Virus record (IMG/VR): IMGVR_UViG_3300009785_000024
DNA length: 20,000 nt
Origin: an uncultured virus (IMG/VR IMGVR_UViG_3300009785_000024)
Lineage: Duplodnaviria; Heunggongvirae; Uroviricota; Caudoviricetes
Strand: one strand, 5' to 3'
Under the pieces are notes generated by a model. The model did not search any database and was not told the origin of the DNA. It saw only the letters and a list, made by a program, of their open reading frames with translations. Shown here in pieces: positions 1 through 9,247 of this stretch. The translations under genes were made by a program, and so were the position numbers. Position 1 is the stretch's first letter. Every line of letters begins with the position of its first letter.

Positions 1-82
1 ATAGTTGTCTTGCTTCGTATCTAGTGTGTGATTGGATTTCTTCTTTTAATCTGGAAATCCATAAGATTGTTTGTTCGTCCAT
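1..82 (-). CDS. Hypothetical protein, 5' part only (MDEQTILWISRLKEEIQSHTRYEARQL...), runs off the window edge
   Basis: Not in the ORF track. ATG at 80-82 (minus) with a strong SD (AAGGAGA, 89-95) overlapping the stop of the upstream gene; frame stays open to position 1. Confidence 0.7.
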   Translation of the reverse strand, partial: MDEQTILWISRLKEEIQSHTRYEARQL

Positions 83-93
83 AATATATCTCC

Positions 94-1395
94 TTATTTA
101 CCAACAACAGCTTCTATAACTCTCTCTTCGTTAGAATCGTCATTGACTAAACTTTTTCCAATTAATGCACCGTTTCTTGGTTCTGCTTCAGCTCTAGCAC
201 ATCCTGCAATACTACAAGATACTAACATATCGCCTTTTCTTACAGGACCACATACTCTTACTGGTACTCTTCCTGTCATTGCTACCGTAGCGGTAACACC
301 TTCTAAACTGCCATTCATAATAAAGGCAGGTTTTTCTGATTGAACACCAATAACTTTTGTGCAATGGTTTTCTGTACATATAGTTACCTCAGCTGTGCCA
401 CCTATACATAAGACGGTACCTACTGGATATTCTCTATCAGATTTATACTTTTCTGCCAAGTCAGCATATCTTGCTGATGTAGCAGTTGTTGTTAAAATAT
501 TTGTTGATGGATTGTAATATAATCCTGAATCTGCTTTTAGAACATTTGAACCTGAAGTACTATCAGCAAAAGTTAAATATCTTGTTGCGTTTTGAGTATT
601 TTCAGTAGTTAAATCTACGGCACTTGATAATGAAGCAGTACCTGTAATAGTATTTGCAACTAAAGTGTCAACCGTTAATGTTGCAGAATTAAATCCTGAT
701 AGTTTTGCAATCGTAACCGAGTTATCAGCAATTTGTGAAGTACTTACAGCATTATCTGCTATCATAGTTTGTGTAACCGTATTCGTATCACCAGAAGTAA
801 TAAGAGTACCACTAGCGTCAGGTAGTGTAATTACATTATCTTGTGATGGGTCGTCTACTCGTAATGTAGTTTCAAAACTATTAGGAGTAGCACCTTCAAA
901 TTGCATTGAAGCACCATTGATTGTTAATCCAGCACCAACAAGTGTACCACCGGCAGATATACCACCTGTTGTGTTTAATTGTTCGTTACCAAAATCAATT
1001 GTACCACTTGCAGAAGTAATTGAAGAAGTACCAATCTGTATGTTCGCAATCTCAGCTGTTGTTGCAACATCAATTGTTGATAGACCAGTTAAGTTTGTAT
1101 TTAATCCGATTGTTAATGTATCTGGATTTGATACCGTTGCAGTAAGACCTGTACCACTCGCTACGGTTAATGTGTTACCAGAGGCAATACCTTGTACATT
1201 CGTTCCATCTGTTAATGTGAAACCAGCAGCTGCAATTGCAATACCATTGATTTCGTTAACAGCACCAATTACAGAAGTAGCAGATAAAGTAGCATCCAGA
1301 GTGGCAATATCACCAAAATCTGAGGACGCTAATGCGTTAAATTCTATTCGTAATTTATCTAAACTATCTGTTTCTGTTACCTGTCTTACAGCCAT
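94..1395 (-). CDS. Tail-fibre/appendage-like virion protein with C-terminal intramolecular chaperone/autocleavage domain
   Basis: 433 aa; Thr/Ser/Gly/Ala-rich beta-repeat body. C-terminal TATSARYADLAEKY...GTVLCIGG...VIGV.SEKPAF.MN...VAMTGRVPV.V.GPV.KGD.LVS resembles the chaperone domains of phage fibres and appendages. SD AAGGA upstream. Confidence 0.75.
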   Translation of the reverse strand: MAVRQVTETDSLDKLRIEFNALASSDFGDIATLDATLSATSVIGAVNEINGIAIAAAGFTLTDGTNVQGIASGNTLTVASGTGLTATVSNPDTLTIGLNTNLTGLSTIDVATTAEIANIQIGTSSITSASGTIDFGNEQLNTTGGISAGGTLVGAGLTINGASMQFEGATPNSFETTLRVDDPSQDNVITLPDASGTLITSGDTNTVTQTMIADNAVSTSQIADNSVTIAKLSGFNSATLTVDTLVANTITGTASLSSAVDLTTENTQNATRYLTFADSTSGSNVLKADSGLYYNPSTNILTTTATSARYADLAEKYKSDREYPVGTVLCIGGTAEVTICTENHCTKVIGVQSEKPAFIMNGSLEGVTATVAMTGRVPVRVCGPVRKGDMLVSCSIAGCARAEAEPRNGALIGKSLVNDDSNEERVIEAVVGK

Positions 1396-1397
1396 TT

Positions 1398-1625
1398 TTA
1401 TTTATCCTTACACATATTTTTTATTAAATCTTTTATTTCAAACAACTCTTGCTTTAAACTATTTATCTCTCTACACATTGACTTCATTTGGTTAAGATTA
1501 CCTTTTCGCATTTGTATTCTTTTCATATACAACTCATATTCGCTTGAGTTTGTATTAATGATACCACCTGATTCCGTATCTCTTATTAAAAATTCTTGTT
1601 GTTCAACTTTCAGAAATCTTGTCAT
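1398..1625 (-). CDS. Small conserved hypothetical protein with C-terminal coiled coil, of the type that follows the VrlC-like gene in marine T4-like phages
   Basis: 75 aa; tightly packed between neighbours (2-4 nt gaps); LKVE...LIRD..SGGIINTN.SEY motif; heptad-like C-terminus. Confidence 0.75.
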   Translation of the reverse strand: MTRFLKVEQQEFLIRDTESGGIINTNSSEYELYMKRIQMRKGNLNQMKSMCREINSLKQELFEIKDLIKNMCKDK

Positions 1626-1629
1626 AATT

Positions 1630-4600
1630 TTAAATCGCTAATGCGATACCTCTCATGTCTCGTAAGATTGGTGGGTAACTAGTATTAGTTCCTTTTAGTA
1701 CAATCTTAATCTGAAACGCAGTAAAGGCGTTCAATTGTTCTTGTGAATATTGATATTCTTTAAAATCAAAATCATCTTTAGATTTTGAAACTGAATTATC
1801 TTCAACACCACCAGCATTGAAAGGTGTCCAGTCAATGTCTCCGATAGTTCTAACTTCATCAGCACTTGTTGTTCTAAAGTAAACTTCAACTTTAGAAGTA
1901 TCTCTAATAACTTGTGTTAATCTAATATCTAATGCAGTTGAGTTATTAATAAGTGTAACCGGTTTCGTAATATATTGAGACGCAGTTGATGAACCTTTTG
2001 CAGTAGTTTCAGGAACATAGTTAGGTGTATTACCACTAGTTGGATTATTTAATCTATTTGCAACACAGAAAGCACTACTTCTATCTAAATCAATTACTGG
2101 AGACAACTTATTATTTGTCGTTGATAATTTCATAATAGTATAGAAAGATTTTTGTCCTGCCATTCTAGTTGTTTCATTTGGTCCAGACATAACAGCCTGT
2201 GGCGCAGTAAAGTAAATATCGTCTACTAATGTAACCGATTGTCTATTACTTTCAGAAACTAATGAATATGGTGTTTGAGCACCGTGAAGTGACTTACTAG
2301 ATGTTGTTCTAATAAACGGTTCAATGTTTGTACCAGGAACGGTCATAGTTTGTAGACCACCTAGATTTAATACATCAAATTGTTTATTACCGGTAACAAG
2401 TATTGTTGTGCCTCCGATATCACCATCAGTATTTGCAGTTCCTGATGTTGTAATATCAAAACTATCTAATGTAATATTAGAAATAGAAGTATATGTTCCG
2501 TTTATATCTGTCGAAGCAATACCGTTAAGAGTTCCTGAAGGAACACCAGATATAGTAACCACAGAATTAGTATCGTGCATATTGTGATTTGAATAGAAAA
2601 CTCTAATTACACCTGAACCGTTTGTAGTTCTTAATCCGTTTTGTTTAATATTTTGTGCCGGTAGTTCTTTACTTCCTAAGTGAACCGTACCTACGACATT
2701 ACTAAACTCACATCTTTTCATTGTGAATTTCATATCTTCGTTTTGTTCAGCAGTCCAAGTTGAACCGTTTTGAGATTTGAACATAACACCAGCATATGGT
2801 TGTTTAGATATTGTTCTATTAGAACCAATATTTGTTTCTCCTAATCTACCCACATACATATTGTAATCATTTGAGTTAGACAATACCGTCATTGCATATT
2901 CAACTTTATCTTGTATGTATATTGGTGCAGGGAATGTAAATGTTGTTTTAACTGAACCGTCTGTACTTGTATTTACAGCAGTTGGATTTAATGAAACTTC
3001 ACCAAATGGTAATAATTTACTTCCAGGATAACCATTAACCGTATTTCTAATTTGAACGGTTACAGGAATGTTTGCGTCTTTTGTTGAAAAGAATAAATCA
3101 ACAGAAGATATGAATACTCCACCAGGTTCATCTGTCATAAATGTTTGAGATAATGGATCAACCCAACCAACAATTTGCGTACCTGCTCTTGTAGATGTTT
3201 GTAAAATGGTTTGTGAATCTGTAACCGTTTGTTGTACACCTCTAAATTCTCTTGTAGAAACAATTGTGTCTCTAACGGTATTTAATAATCCTCTTGCAAT
3301 ATATTCAGCATTAGCCGCAGTAGCAACAGCAGCTGCGTCTTGCGAGTTAGTAGAAGAAGAAGTTAATCTAAATGTTCTTTCTCCAGTTCTCCATCTAGGA
3401 TTTGTATTTACTTTAGGATCCGGTATTGTGAATACTCCTTCAACAGCACCAGCACCGTCAGTAATTAAGTTACCACCAACTGAACCACCGTCTGGTGTAC
3501 AATAAGTAGCAATATTTACATTATCAAAGAATGGAAATACTCTTGTATTTGGTTTTAATCTTGTAGCTTTAAATGCAACATCACGGCTTCTGATAAATGG
3601 TACAAATGCAACACTAACAACTCTATCTCCCATAGATGTTCTTATCGTTTGAGGTACGGCAGTTGTTGTAATACCTGACCTACTTTGGTTAACTTGGTTG
3701 ATAGAAGTAGTTTCTGTTCTTTGTACAATAGCACGACCACGCATAAATCTTCCACCTGAAGCTGTAGTTGAAGATGTTAATGCTCTTCCAGTCCAGTTAG
3801 TTTGCCATTCATTCCATACCGTTCCAAGTGAGATTTCATCTTGGTCTGTAATACCACTTTGTCTTTGTAATTGGTCCCACGCACCTGTAGTTGAGTTAAC
3901 TACTAAATCAGGAGTTCTTTGTGTTTCTCTCCATTCATCACTTGATGGTGTTAAATCTATTGTTCCCATCCAACTGAAAATTGCAAATGGGTTAACATTA
4001 ATTGCTTTAGAAGCAAAAGGTTGATTTATTAAATCTATTTCTGTAAATGGTAATGTTAGTACATCACCAGACTTTTGATAGTTTGCAGCCGCTCTGTCAG
4101 TAGCAACTAATGTTGTACCGTCTTCGTCAATCTCTTCTAGTTTTACAGCGTCTTGGTTAAACAAAGGTCTTAATTCGCCTTTTGCATAATCAATCGAACA
4201 TCTGTATGAACCGTTGGTTACTTCACCGATACCGTGACCGTTAAAGTTGTCTACAACAAATCCATTTTTAAATCTATCGAAACCATCAGCGTCTTGTATC
4301 TGTAAAGATTGAGCCGCAGTTTCTAATAGAGACAATTGAGTGTAATATTCAATTCTATCAATCTTCTTATCAATAGCACCAATATCTCTCATTGTATATC
4401 TTCTATTTTCTACCGTCTCGTATGATACATCATCTGGTGACAATGTGTACGGTGGTAAAGAAAGAGTGTATAGGTGCATTGCGTTATCAATAGAACCTGG
4501 CTCTTGTGGTACATTTGCTTCAGCACCTTTAAGTACTTCAAAGGCACCTTCTTTATTTAAGAATAGTTTATCAACTCTTCCTTTGTAAAATTCGTGGTCT

Positions 4601-7600
4601 GTGGTCACATTTGTTTTAAACTTAACAACTTCAATTGAAGCTGTTGCAGGATAAGTTCTATCTTGTGTACCAGAGTTAATTGTACTTGCGTCATCTACTC
4701 TAGGTCTAAAGTCTAATGTGTCTCTTAATTGATAAGTTTCTCCTGAAGTATCAGAAGTATAACTAGGTATTGCTGTGTAATCAATAATACCAGAATAACT
4801 ATCTACACTAAAGAAGTCACCAGAACCGTGTGTGAAATAATTAAATGTAATTAATAATTGTCCACTTGGTGCCAAGCTACCTTCTTTTCTTACTAGTCTA
4901 GCAATATCATAGAAGTTATCTCTTTGTCCACTATCAAGTGTAAATCTTGTTGTGATGTCTGTATCACTTGCAGTTGGTGTTGTACTAAAGTCAGCCGCCA
5001 TTTTAACAGATACTAATTGATATCCGTCAGCAACACCTAATGAAATATGATTTGCAGTTGCAGCTGCTGAAGTTGTAATAGTTGCTGTCGAGTTTGATAC
5101 TAAATTTTTTGATTTTTCGTTTTGTGCAGATTTAGATATAGTCGCAATAATTTTTACTTCGTGGTCAGAGTGATTAGCACCAAAATCTAAAGTTAATGAA
5201 CGACCTACTGGAGAACCACCTAATGTGAAACAAGCATTACCTTCATGGTTATTACCTGTTGTAGATATCTTGTCACCAGCTGTACCAGCAGAAGATGAAC
5301 CACCTGCTGACATAATAGTTACCGAATAATCTTGTTCTTGTTGTGCAACAAAAGTTTCGCCTGTGTTTGCAGTAATTGTAATATCACCAGTTGAAGATAA
5401 AGAACCTACAAATGTTTTTCTTACAATAAATGATGTATCAGAAATACCAGAGTTGTTTGCTGTTTTTAATGTTTTAATTGTTGTGTAAGGTAAAGAGAAC
5501 AACGAAATGTTTTTACTTGCGTCTTGTAATTTTCCTCTTCTTCTTATAATCAATGAGTTTGAAACGGCAGTTGTTGAAATTGCACTATCAAGTCTGATTG
5601 AAGATGAATTGACAATGTTAATTACCGTTCTAGTTAAAATAGTACCAGTCGTTGTTGCAAACTGAACACTATCTCCTACTTTTAATTCTGTTAAAAATTG
5701 TGTGTTGAAACCGGTTACATCCGAAGTTGAAGCACTAATTGAAATATTACCAGATAGTGTTTTATTTTCTCCATATGTTGCAGATAAATCAGCTTGTGCA
5801 GTATATACTGGACTTCCTGCCATGGTAACTTCTTTTACATCACTTGAACCGTAATGTGTGAAACCTTGATTGCCAAATACATTTGCTTTTACTACAGCAG
5901 TATTAGATGAAGTACCACCAGTGATTGTTTCACCTTGAATAAATTGACCTTGTACACTTGATAATACTACACAAGATGTTGTGATAGTACCACCGGAACC
6001 AGCACCTGTATGTCCTGTACCGTCAATGGCAACATCATCAGCGTTATACAATTCAAATTCTCTTTTTGCAACACCACCAACTTTTTGTCTTACATAGAAA
6101 ACAATGTCGTTTAATTCTGTTTGAGTTGCGACACCTGCTATCGTAATTGCGTCACCATCAGAAACTTCTAAATCAGCAGACATTGTGATAACTACTGGAT
6201 TTGCAGCTGTTGATGTAGCGATTGCCGAAGTTGTATTTGTTGAAACACTTTCTTTAATACCGTTAGCACCTGAAGTAGTACCAGTGATTGTTTCACCATT
6301 TGTAAATACTACATTTGTTGGAATTTTTATATGACTAAACATTTCTACATCAAACAGATAATGTTTGAATATATTACTTGAAGACGGAGATATGTTTGAA
6401 GCAGTTGAAATGCCAGCACCTGTCGTTGCGTTAAATTCATAACCTTTAGATTTAGCACGACCGATGTCTTTTACTCTGTTTTGAACATTTGTTGGTATGT
6501 TACCAGCAGTATATGCTTCACTAGCAAGTTTTAGTTGTAATCCTTTAAACGCTTCTGTCTTACCGGTTACAAAGTTAATGTCCGGAGAGTTATAAGCATT
6601 TGATACATTGAGAAAGTTACCAACATCAAAGATAGTATTGAAACCATTTTCATTTCCAAAACTTCTAGGTTTTTCTACAGGAACAAAAGTTGTTCCAATT
6701 TTATCAACTTCATAACCTTTTACATATGCTTTACCAGGAGATAAACCTAATGCAAGTTTGTTAGCGTCACCACCAGCGGCAGCAGTAAAGATACCTCTAT
6801 TGCCAGCAGTATCATCTAAATGTTCTCTAATATCTAAATCAAATGGTCTGATTGTGTAATCGCCACTTTCGTCACTAGTTCTTCTTGCTAGTGTATCTTC
6901 CAAAATAGAGTATTCAGTTGTTCTAACTCTATTCTGGAGAGTACCTTTTTCTAATCTTAATAACTCTATGAAGCTTGAATCTTCAACAGAAGTCGTTGTA
7001 AGTTTAGATAAAGTTAAATCTATTTTAAATCTGTGAGCACCTGGAGCATTTGCGTTTGATGAACCGGCTGCATTGTCTACAAGTGAGACATCTAAGTTAG
7101 GGGTTACAATACTATCAGTAACCGTTAGACCTACTCTGTAAGATGGTGTGTTTGTATACTTGTCTAATACAATTGTTTGTTTTGAAACATTAACAGCATA
7201 ACCATTAATGTAGTAAGTACCAGAAGCAACTGAAGCAGCAGAACCGGTTTCAGCACTTGTAACCACTCCACTAATATTTGTACTTCCATTAATTACACCT
7301 AAAATTGTTTCGCCAGCAACAAAGTCTGGTGTTTGATTTCCAGTTCCTGTTTTAGTGTATTTTACATAAAGAGTTGCAGGGTCAGTAGAAGTTGCGACAT
7401 CTGAATTAATTACTTTCGCAACAACACCAGATGTTTGACCGGTTACTTCTATTCCAACAAAGTCTGTTAGATTACTTGTACCTGTAAATGATGTTAACTT
7501 AATCGCATAGTATTGTAAATCGTAAGTAATCTCACCAGGAATCATTTGAGCACCTTGCTCAAAGATATGGTTACCCATCTTTTCAATTTGGTTCTGTAGT

Positions 7601-7731
7601 ATCGTTTGCGATTGTGTTAGTTCTCTAGCCTGTACAGCAAATGCTGGTCTAAACAATATTCTATGGAAGGCTTTATCTTCCGAGAAATCGTCATAGTACG
7701 GCGAGAGGTTAAAGTCAGTTGGACTTGGCAT
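1630..7731 (-). CDS. Large virion structural protein, VrlC-like / DUF4815 family
   Basis: 2033 aa. N-terminus FNLSPYYDDF...FHRILFRP..AVQARELTQ.Q.ILQNQIE and the motifs LARRT.DESGDY, RRYTMRDIG, DRFKNGF.VDNF and DPLSQTF are typical of this family. Lies directly downstream of gp8; SD AGAGGA upstream. Confidence 0.85.
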   Translation of the reverse strand: MPSPTDFNLSPYYDDFSEDKAFHRILFRPAFAVQARELTQSQTILQNQIEKMGNHIFEQGAQMIPGEITYDLQYYAIKLTSFTGTSNLTDFVGIEVTGQTSGVVAKVINSDVATSTDPATLYVKYTKTGTGNQTPDFVAGETILGVINGSTNISGVVTSAETGSAASVASGTYYINGYAVNVSKQTIVLDKYTNTPSYRVGLTVTDSIVTPNLDVSLVDNAAGSSNANAPGAHRFKIDLTLSKLTTTSVEDSSFIELLRLEKGTLQNRVRTTEYSILEDTLARRTSDESGDYTIRPFDLDIREHLDDTAGNRGIFTAAAGGDANKLALGLSPGKAYVKGYEVDKIGTTFVPVEKPRSFGNENGFNTIFDVGNFLNVSNAYNSPDINFVTGKTEAFKGLQLKLASEAYTAGNIPTNVQNRVKDIGRAKSKGYEFNATTGAGISTASNISPSSSNIFKHYLFDVEMFSHIKIPTNVVFTNGETITGTTSGANGIKESVSTNTTSAIATSTAANPVVITMSADLEVSDGDAITIAGVATQTELNDIVFYVRQKVGGVAKREFELYNADDVAIDGTGHTGAGSGGTITTSCVVLSSVQGQFIQGETITGGTSSNTAVVKANVFGNQGFTHYGSSDVKEVTMAGSPVYTAQADLSATYGENKTLSGNISISASTSDVTGFNTQFLTELKVGDSVQFATTTGTILTRTVINIVNSSSIRLDSAISTTAVSNSLIIRRRGKLQDASKNISLFSLPYTTIKTLKTANNSGISDTSFIVRKTFVGSLSSTGDITITANTGETFVAQQEQDYSVTIMSAGGSSSAGTAGDKISTTGNNHEGNACFTLGGSPVGRSLTLDFGANHSDHEVKIIATISKSAQNEKSKNLVSNSTATITTSAAATANHISLGVADGYQLVSVKMAADFSTTPTASDTDITTRFTLDSGQRDNFYDIARLVRKEGSLAPSGQLLITFNYFTHGSGDFFSVDSYSGIIDYTAIPSYTSDTSGETYQLRDTLDFRPRVDDASTINSGTQDRTYPATASIEVVKFKTNVTTDHEFYKGRVDKLFLNKEGAFEVLKGAEANVPQEPGSIDNAMHLYTLSLPPYTLSPDDVSYETVENRRYTMRDIGAIDKKIDRIEYYTQLSLLETAAQSLQIQDADGFDRFKNGFVVDNFNGHGIGEVTNGSYRCSIDYAKGELRPLFNQDAVKLEEIDEDGTTLVATDRAAANYQKSGDVLTLPFTEIDLINQPFASKAINVNPFAIFSWMGTIDLTPSSDEWRETQRTPDLVVNSTTGAWDQLQRQSGITDQDEISLGTVWNEWQTNWTGRALTSSTTASGGRFMRGRAIVQRTETTSINQVNQSRSGITTTAVPQTIRTSMGDRVVSVAFVPFIRSRDVAFKATRLKPNTRVFPFFDNVNIATYCTPDGGSVGGNLITDGAGAVEGVFTIPDPKVNTNPRWRTGERTFRLTSSSTNSQDAAAVATAANAEYIARGLLNTVRDTIVSTREFRGVQQTVTDSQTILQTSTRAGTQIVGWVDPLSQTFMTDEPGGVFISSVDLFFSTKDANIPVTVQIRNTVNGYPGSKLLPFGEVSLNPTAVNTSTDGSVKTTFTFPAPIYIQDKVEYAMTVLSNSNDYNMYVGRLGETNIGSNRTISKQPYAGVMFKSQNGSTWTAEQNEDMKFTMKRCEFSNVVGTVHLGSKELPAQNIKQNGLRTTNGSGVIRVFYSNHNMHDTNSVVTISGVPSGTLNGIASTDINGTYTSISNITLDSFDITTSGTANTDGDIGGTTILVTGNKQFDVLNLGGLQTMTVPGTNIEPFIRTTSSKSLHGAQTPYSLVSESNRQSVTLVDDIYFTAPQAVMSGPNETTRMAGQKSFYTIMKLSTTNNKLSPVIDLDRSSAFCVANRLNNPTSGNTPNYVPETTAKGSSTASQYITKPVTLINNSTALDIRLTQVIRDTSKVEVYFRTTSADEVRTIGDIDWTPFNAGGVEDNSVSKSKDDFDFKEYQYSQEQLNAFTAFQIKIVLKGTNTSYPPILRDMRGIALAI

Positions 7732-7743
7732 TTATTTTCCTCT

Positions 7744-9204
7744 TTAAAATTCTATGATTAACTTAACATTCTCCGTTTGGTCAACACTTCTATTAACCGG
7801 TGCTCTGTTTTCAATGTACATTATATCGCCAGAGTCTTGGTCAAGTTCAGAAGTTGCATAACCAGAAACTAGAGAGACATTGTTAACCGTTTCAGTATTT
7901 CCAGTTGGTGTTCCTGTGCTACTAGAAGTCGAACCTGTAATCACATTTATTCCACTAAATGCAGTTCCATTTCCAGTTGCGTCAACACCTTCATTATTAT
8001 ATCTTGTTTGTGTGTAGAACAATAAATTGTTTGCAGTATCAAATTGTACTACTTTACCTACAGCACCTGTACTCGTTTGTGTAATTATTTCATCTGATTG
8101 AAATACACCAGCACCAGAATCTAATCTGATAGCTTTTGTTGCTCTTAATGTTGTTGTATTCACAGCAGCACCAGCAGATTTTGGGTCTCTAATTAATGCA
8201 ACTCTTCTAAAATCGTTTGCAGTTGTAAAGTCACCAGAGTTTGCTGTTTCAGCACCTTCAAATGAAGTATTAAGAATTACAAAGAAACCACCTAGTTCTT
8301 CGTGTGGGTCAAATCCGTGACCACCTTTTGGACCAATAATGCAATCTAGTTCAGCACCAGTTAAGGAACCACCTGAAGTAGCATTAATATCTGATACTCT
8401 TACATTTGCAAAAGAATATCCTAACGGTGTTCCTGTTGGAAGAACAGCAGTAACCGAACCACTTGAAATCGTAACCGTACAAGTTCCGTTTGCACCATCT
8501 CCTCTTATAGGAATACTAGTAAATGTTCCGTCTGTACCACCTGTACCAGCAGTTTTAATTTTAATGATATCTATTGCACCATCTTTAGCATTAGTCGTTG
8601 TTGTACTATTTGTTGAGATACCCATAAAGTCTGTTGATAAAAAGTTTGCTTGTTGAGCAGCAGACATAGTGTACATATATTTCCACTTGTAACCATCAGA
8701 AGTTTCTAAAATAAGAATAGAAGCGCCAGTAGGTTCTATCGTTGATGGTGTATTGTTATCGTTATCTAAACATTTGTAAACTTCAAAGTTGGAATTAAGA
8801 ACATAGAAGTTTGCGTCATATAAATTTGTTGCACCACTATGAGCAGCTTGTGCTGTAGTAGTTCCTGTAATTCTGTTGCCATAGTCATGTCTGTACATAT
8901 CGTAAGTTGTACCTGTTGTCCAGTTAATTCTTGGACACGCAAAAGACACATCTGAGCTTGTTACCCTCTTAGCAGCAAGTAAATCATCAAATACATCATA
9001 TTCGTCTTGTACTGAATCTGCTGGGGTTACTGGAGCACTATCTGTTCCAATGTTTTCTGTTCTACCGTCTGGTCTAGTTTTAGTACCATATTCAGTAGGT
9101 TTACCAATACCTAGATAATAGATATTAGGAGTTGCTTCACCAAACGATTCCTCGAATTGCTGAGCATTATTTCTTCTAAATTTGCTTGTTATAATTGCTG
9201 GCAT
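7744..9204 (-). CDS. gp8: Baseplate wedge subunit, T4 gp8-like
   Basis: 486 aa. MPAIITSKFR..NA..F; PRINWTTGT.YDMYRHDY; FYVLNSNF.VYKCLDN; TSDGYKWKYMYT; C-terminal GDIMYIENR.PV.RS.DQTENVKLIIEF. Preceded by a late promoter. Confidence 0.9.
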   Translation of the reverse strand: MPAIITSKFRRNNAQQFEESFGEATPNIYYLGIGKPTEYGTKTRPDGRTENIGTDSAPVTPADSVQDEYDVFDDLLAAKRVTSSDVSFACPRINWTTGTTYDMYRHDYGNRITGTTTAQAAHSGATNLYDANFYVLNSNFEVYKCLDNDNNTPSTIEPTGASILILETSDGYKWKYMYTMSAAQQANFLSTDFMGISTNSTTTTNAKDGAIDIIKIKTAGTGGTDGTFTSIPIRGDGANGTCTVTISSGSVTAVLPTGTPLGYSFANVRVSDINATSGGSLTGAELDCIIGPKGGHGFDPHEELGGFFVILNTSFEGAETANSGDFTTANDFRRVALIRDPKSAGAAVNTTTLRATKAIRLDSGAGVFQSDEIITQTSTGAVGKVVQFDTANNLLFYTQTRYNNEGVDATGNGTAFSGINVITGSTSSSTGTPTGNTETVNNVSLVSGYATSELDQDSGDIMYIENRAPVNRSVDQTENVKLIIEF

Positions 9205-9229
9205 TGTTTAATTCCTATGTTCTTTGATA

Positions 9230-9237
9230 TATTTATA
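9230..9237 (-). promoter_or_regulatory. T4-type late promoter (TATAAATA) for gp8
   Basis: Exact TATAAATA on the minus strand in the intergenic gap, 26 nt upstream of the gp8 ATG. Confidence 0.8.
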
Positions 9238-9247
9238 CATCTTCTTG

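Noticed and set aside
8766..8951. 61-aa alternative-frame ORF inside gp8
   Set aside because: Fully nested in a conserved part of gp8, with no recognisable motif or convincing RBS.
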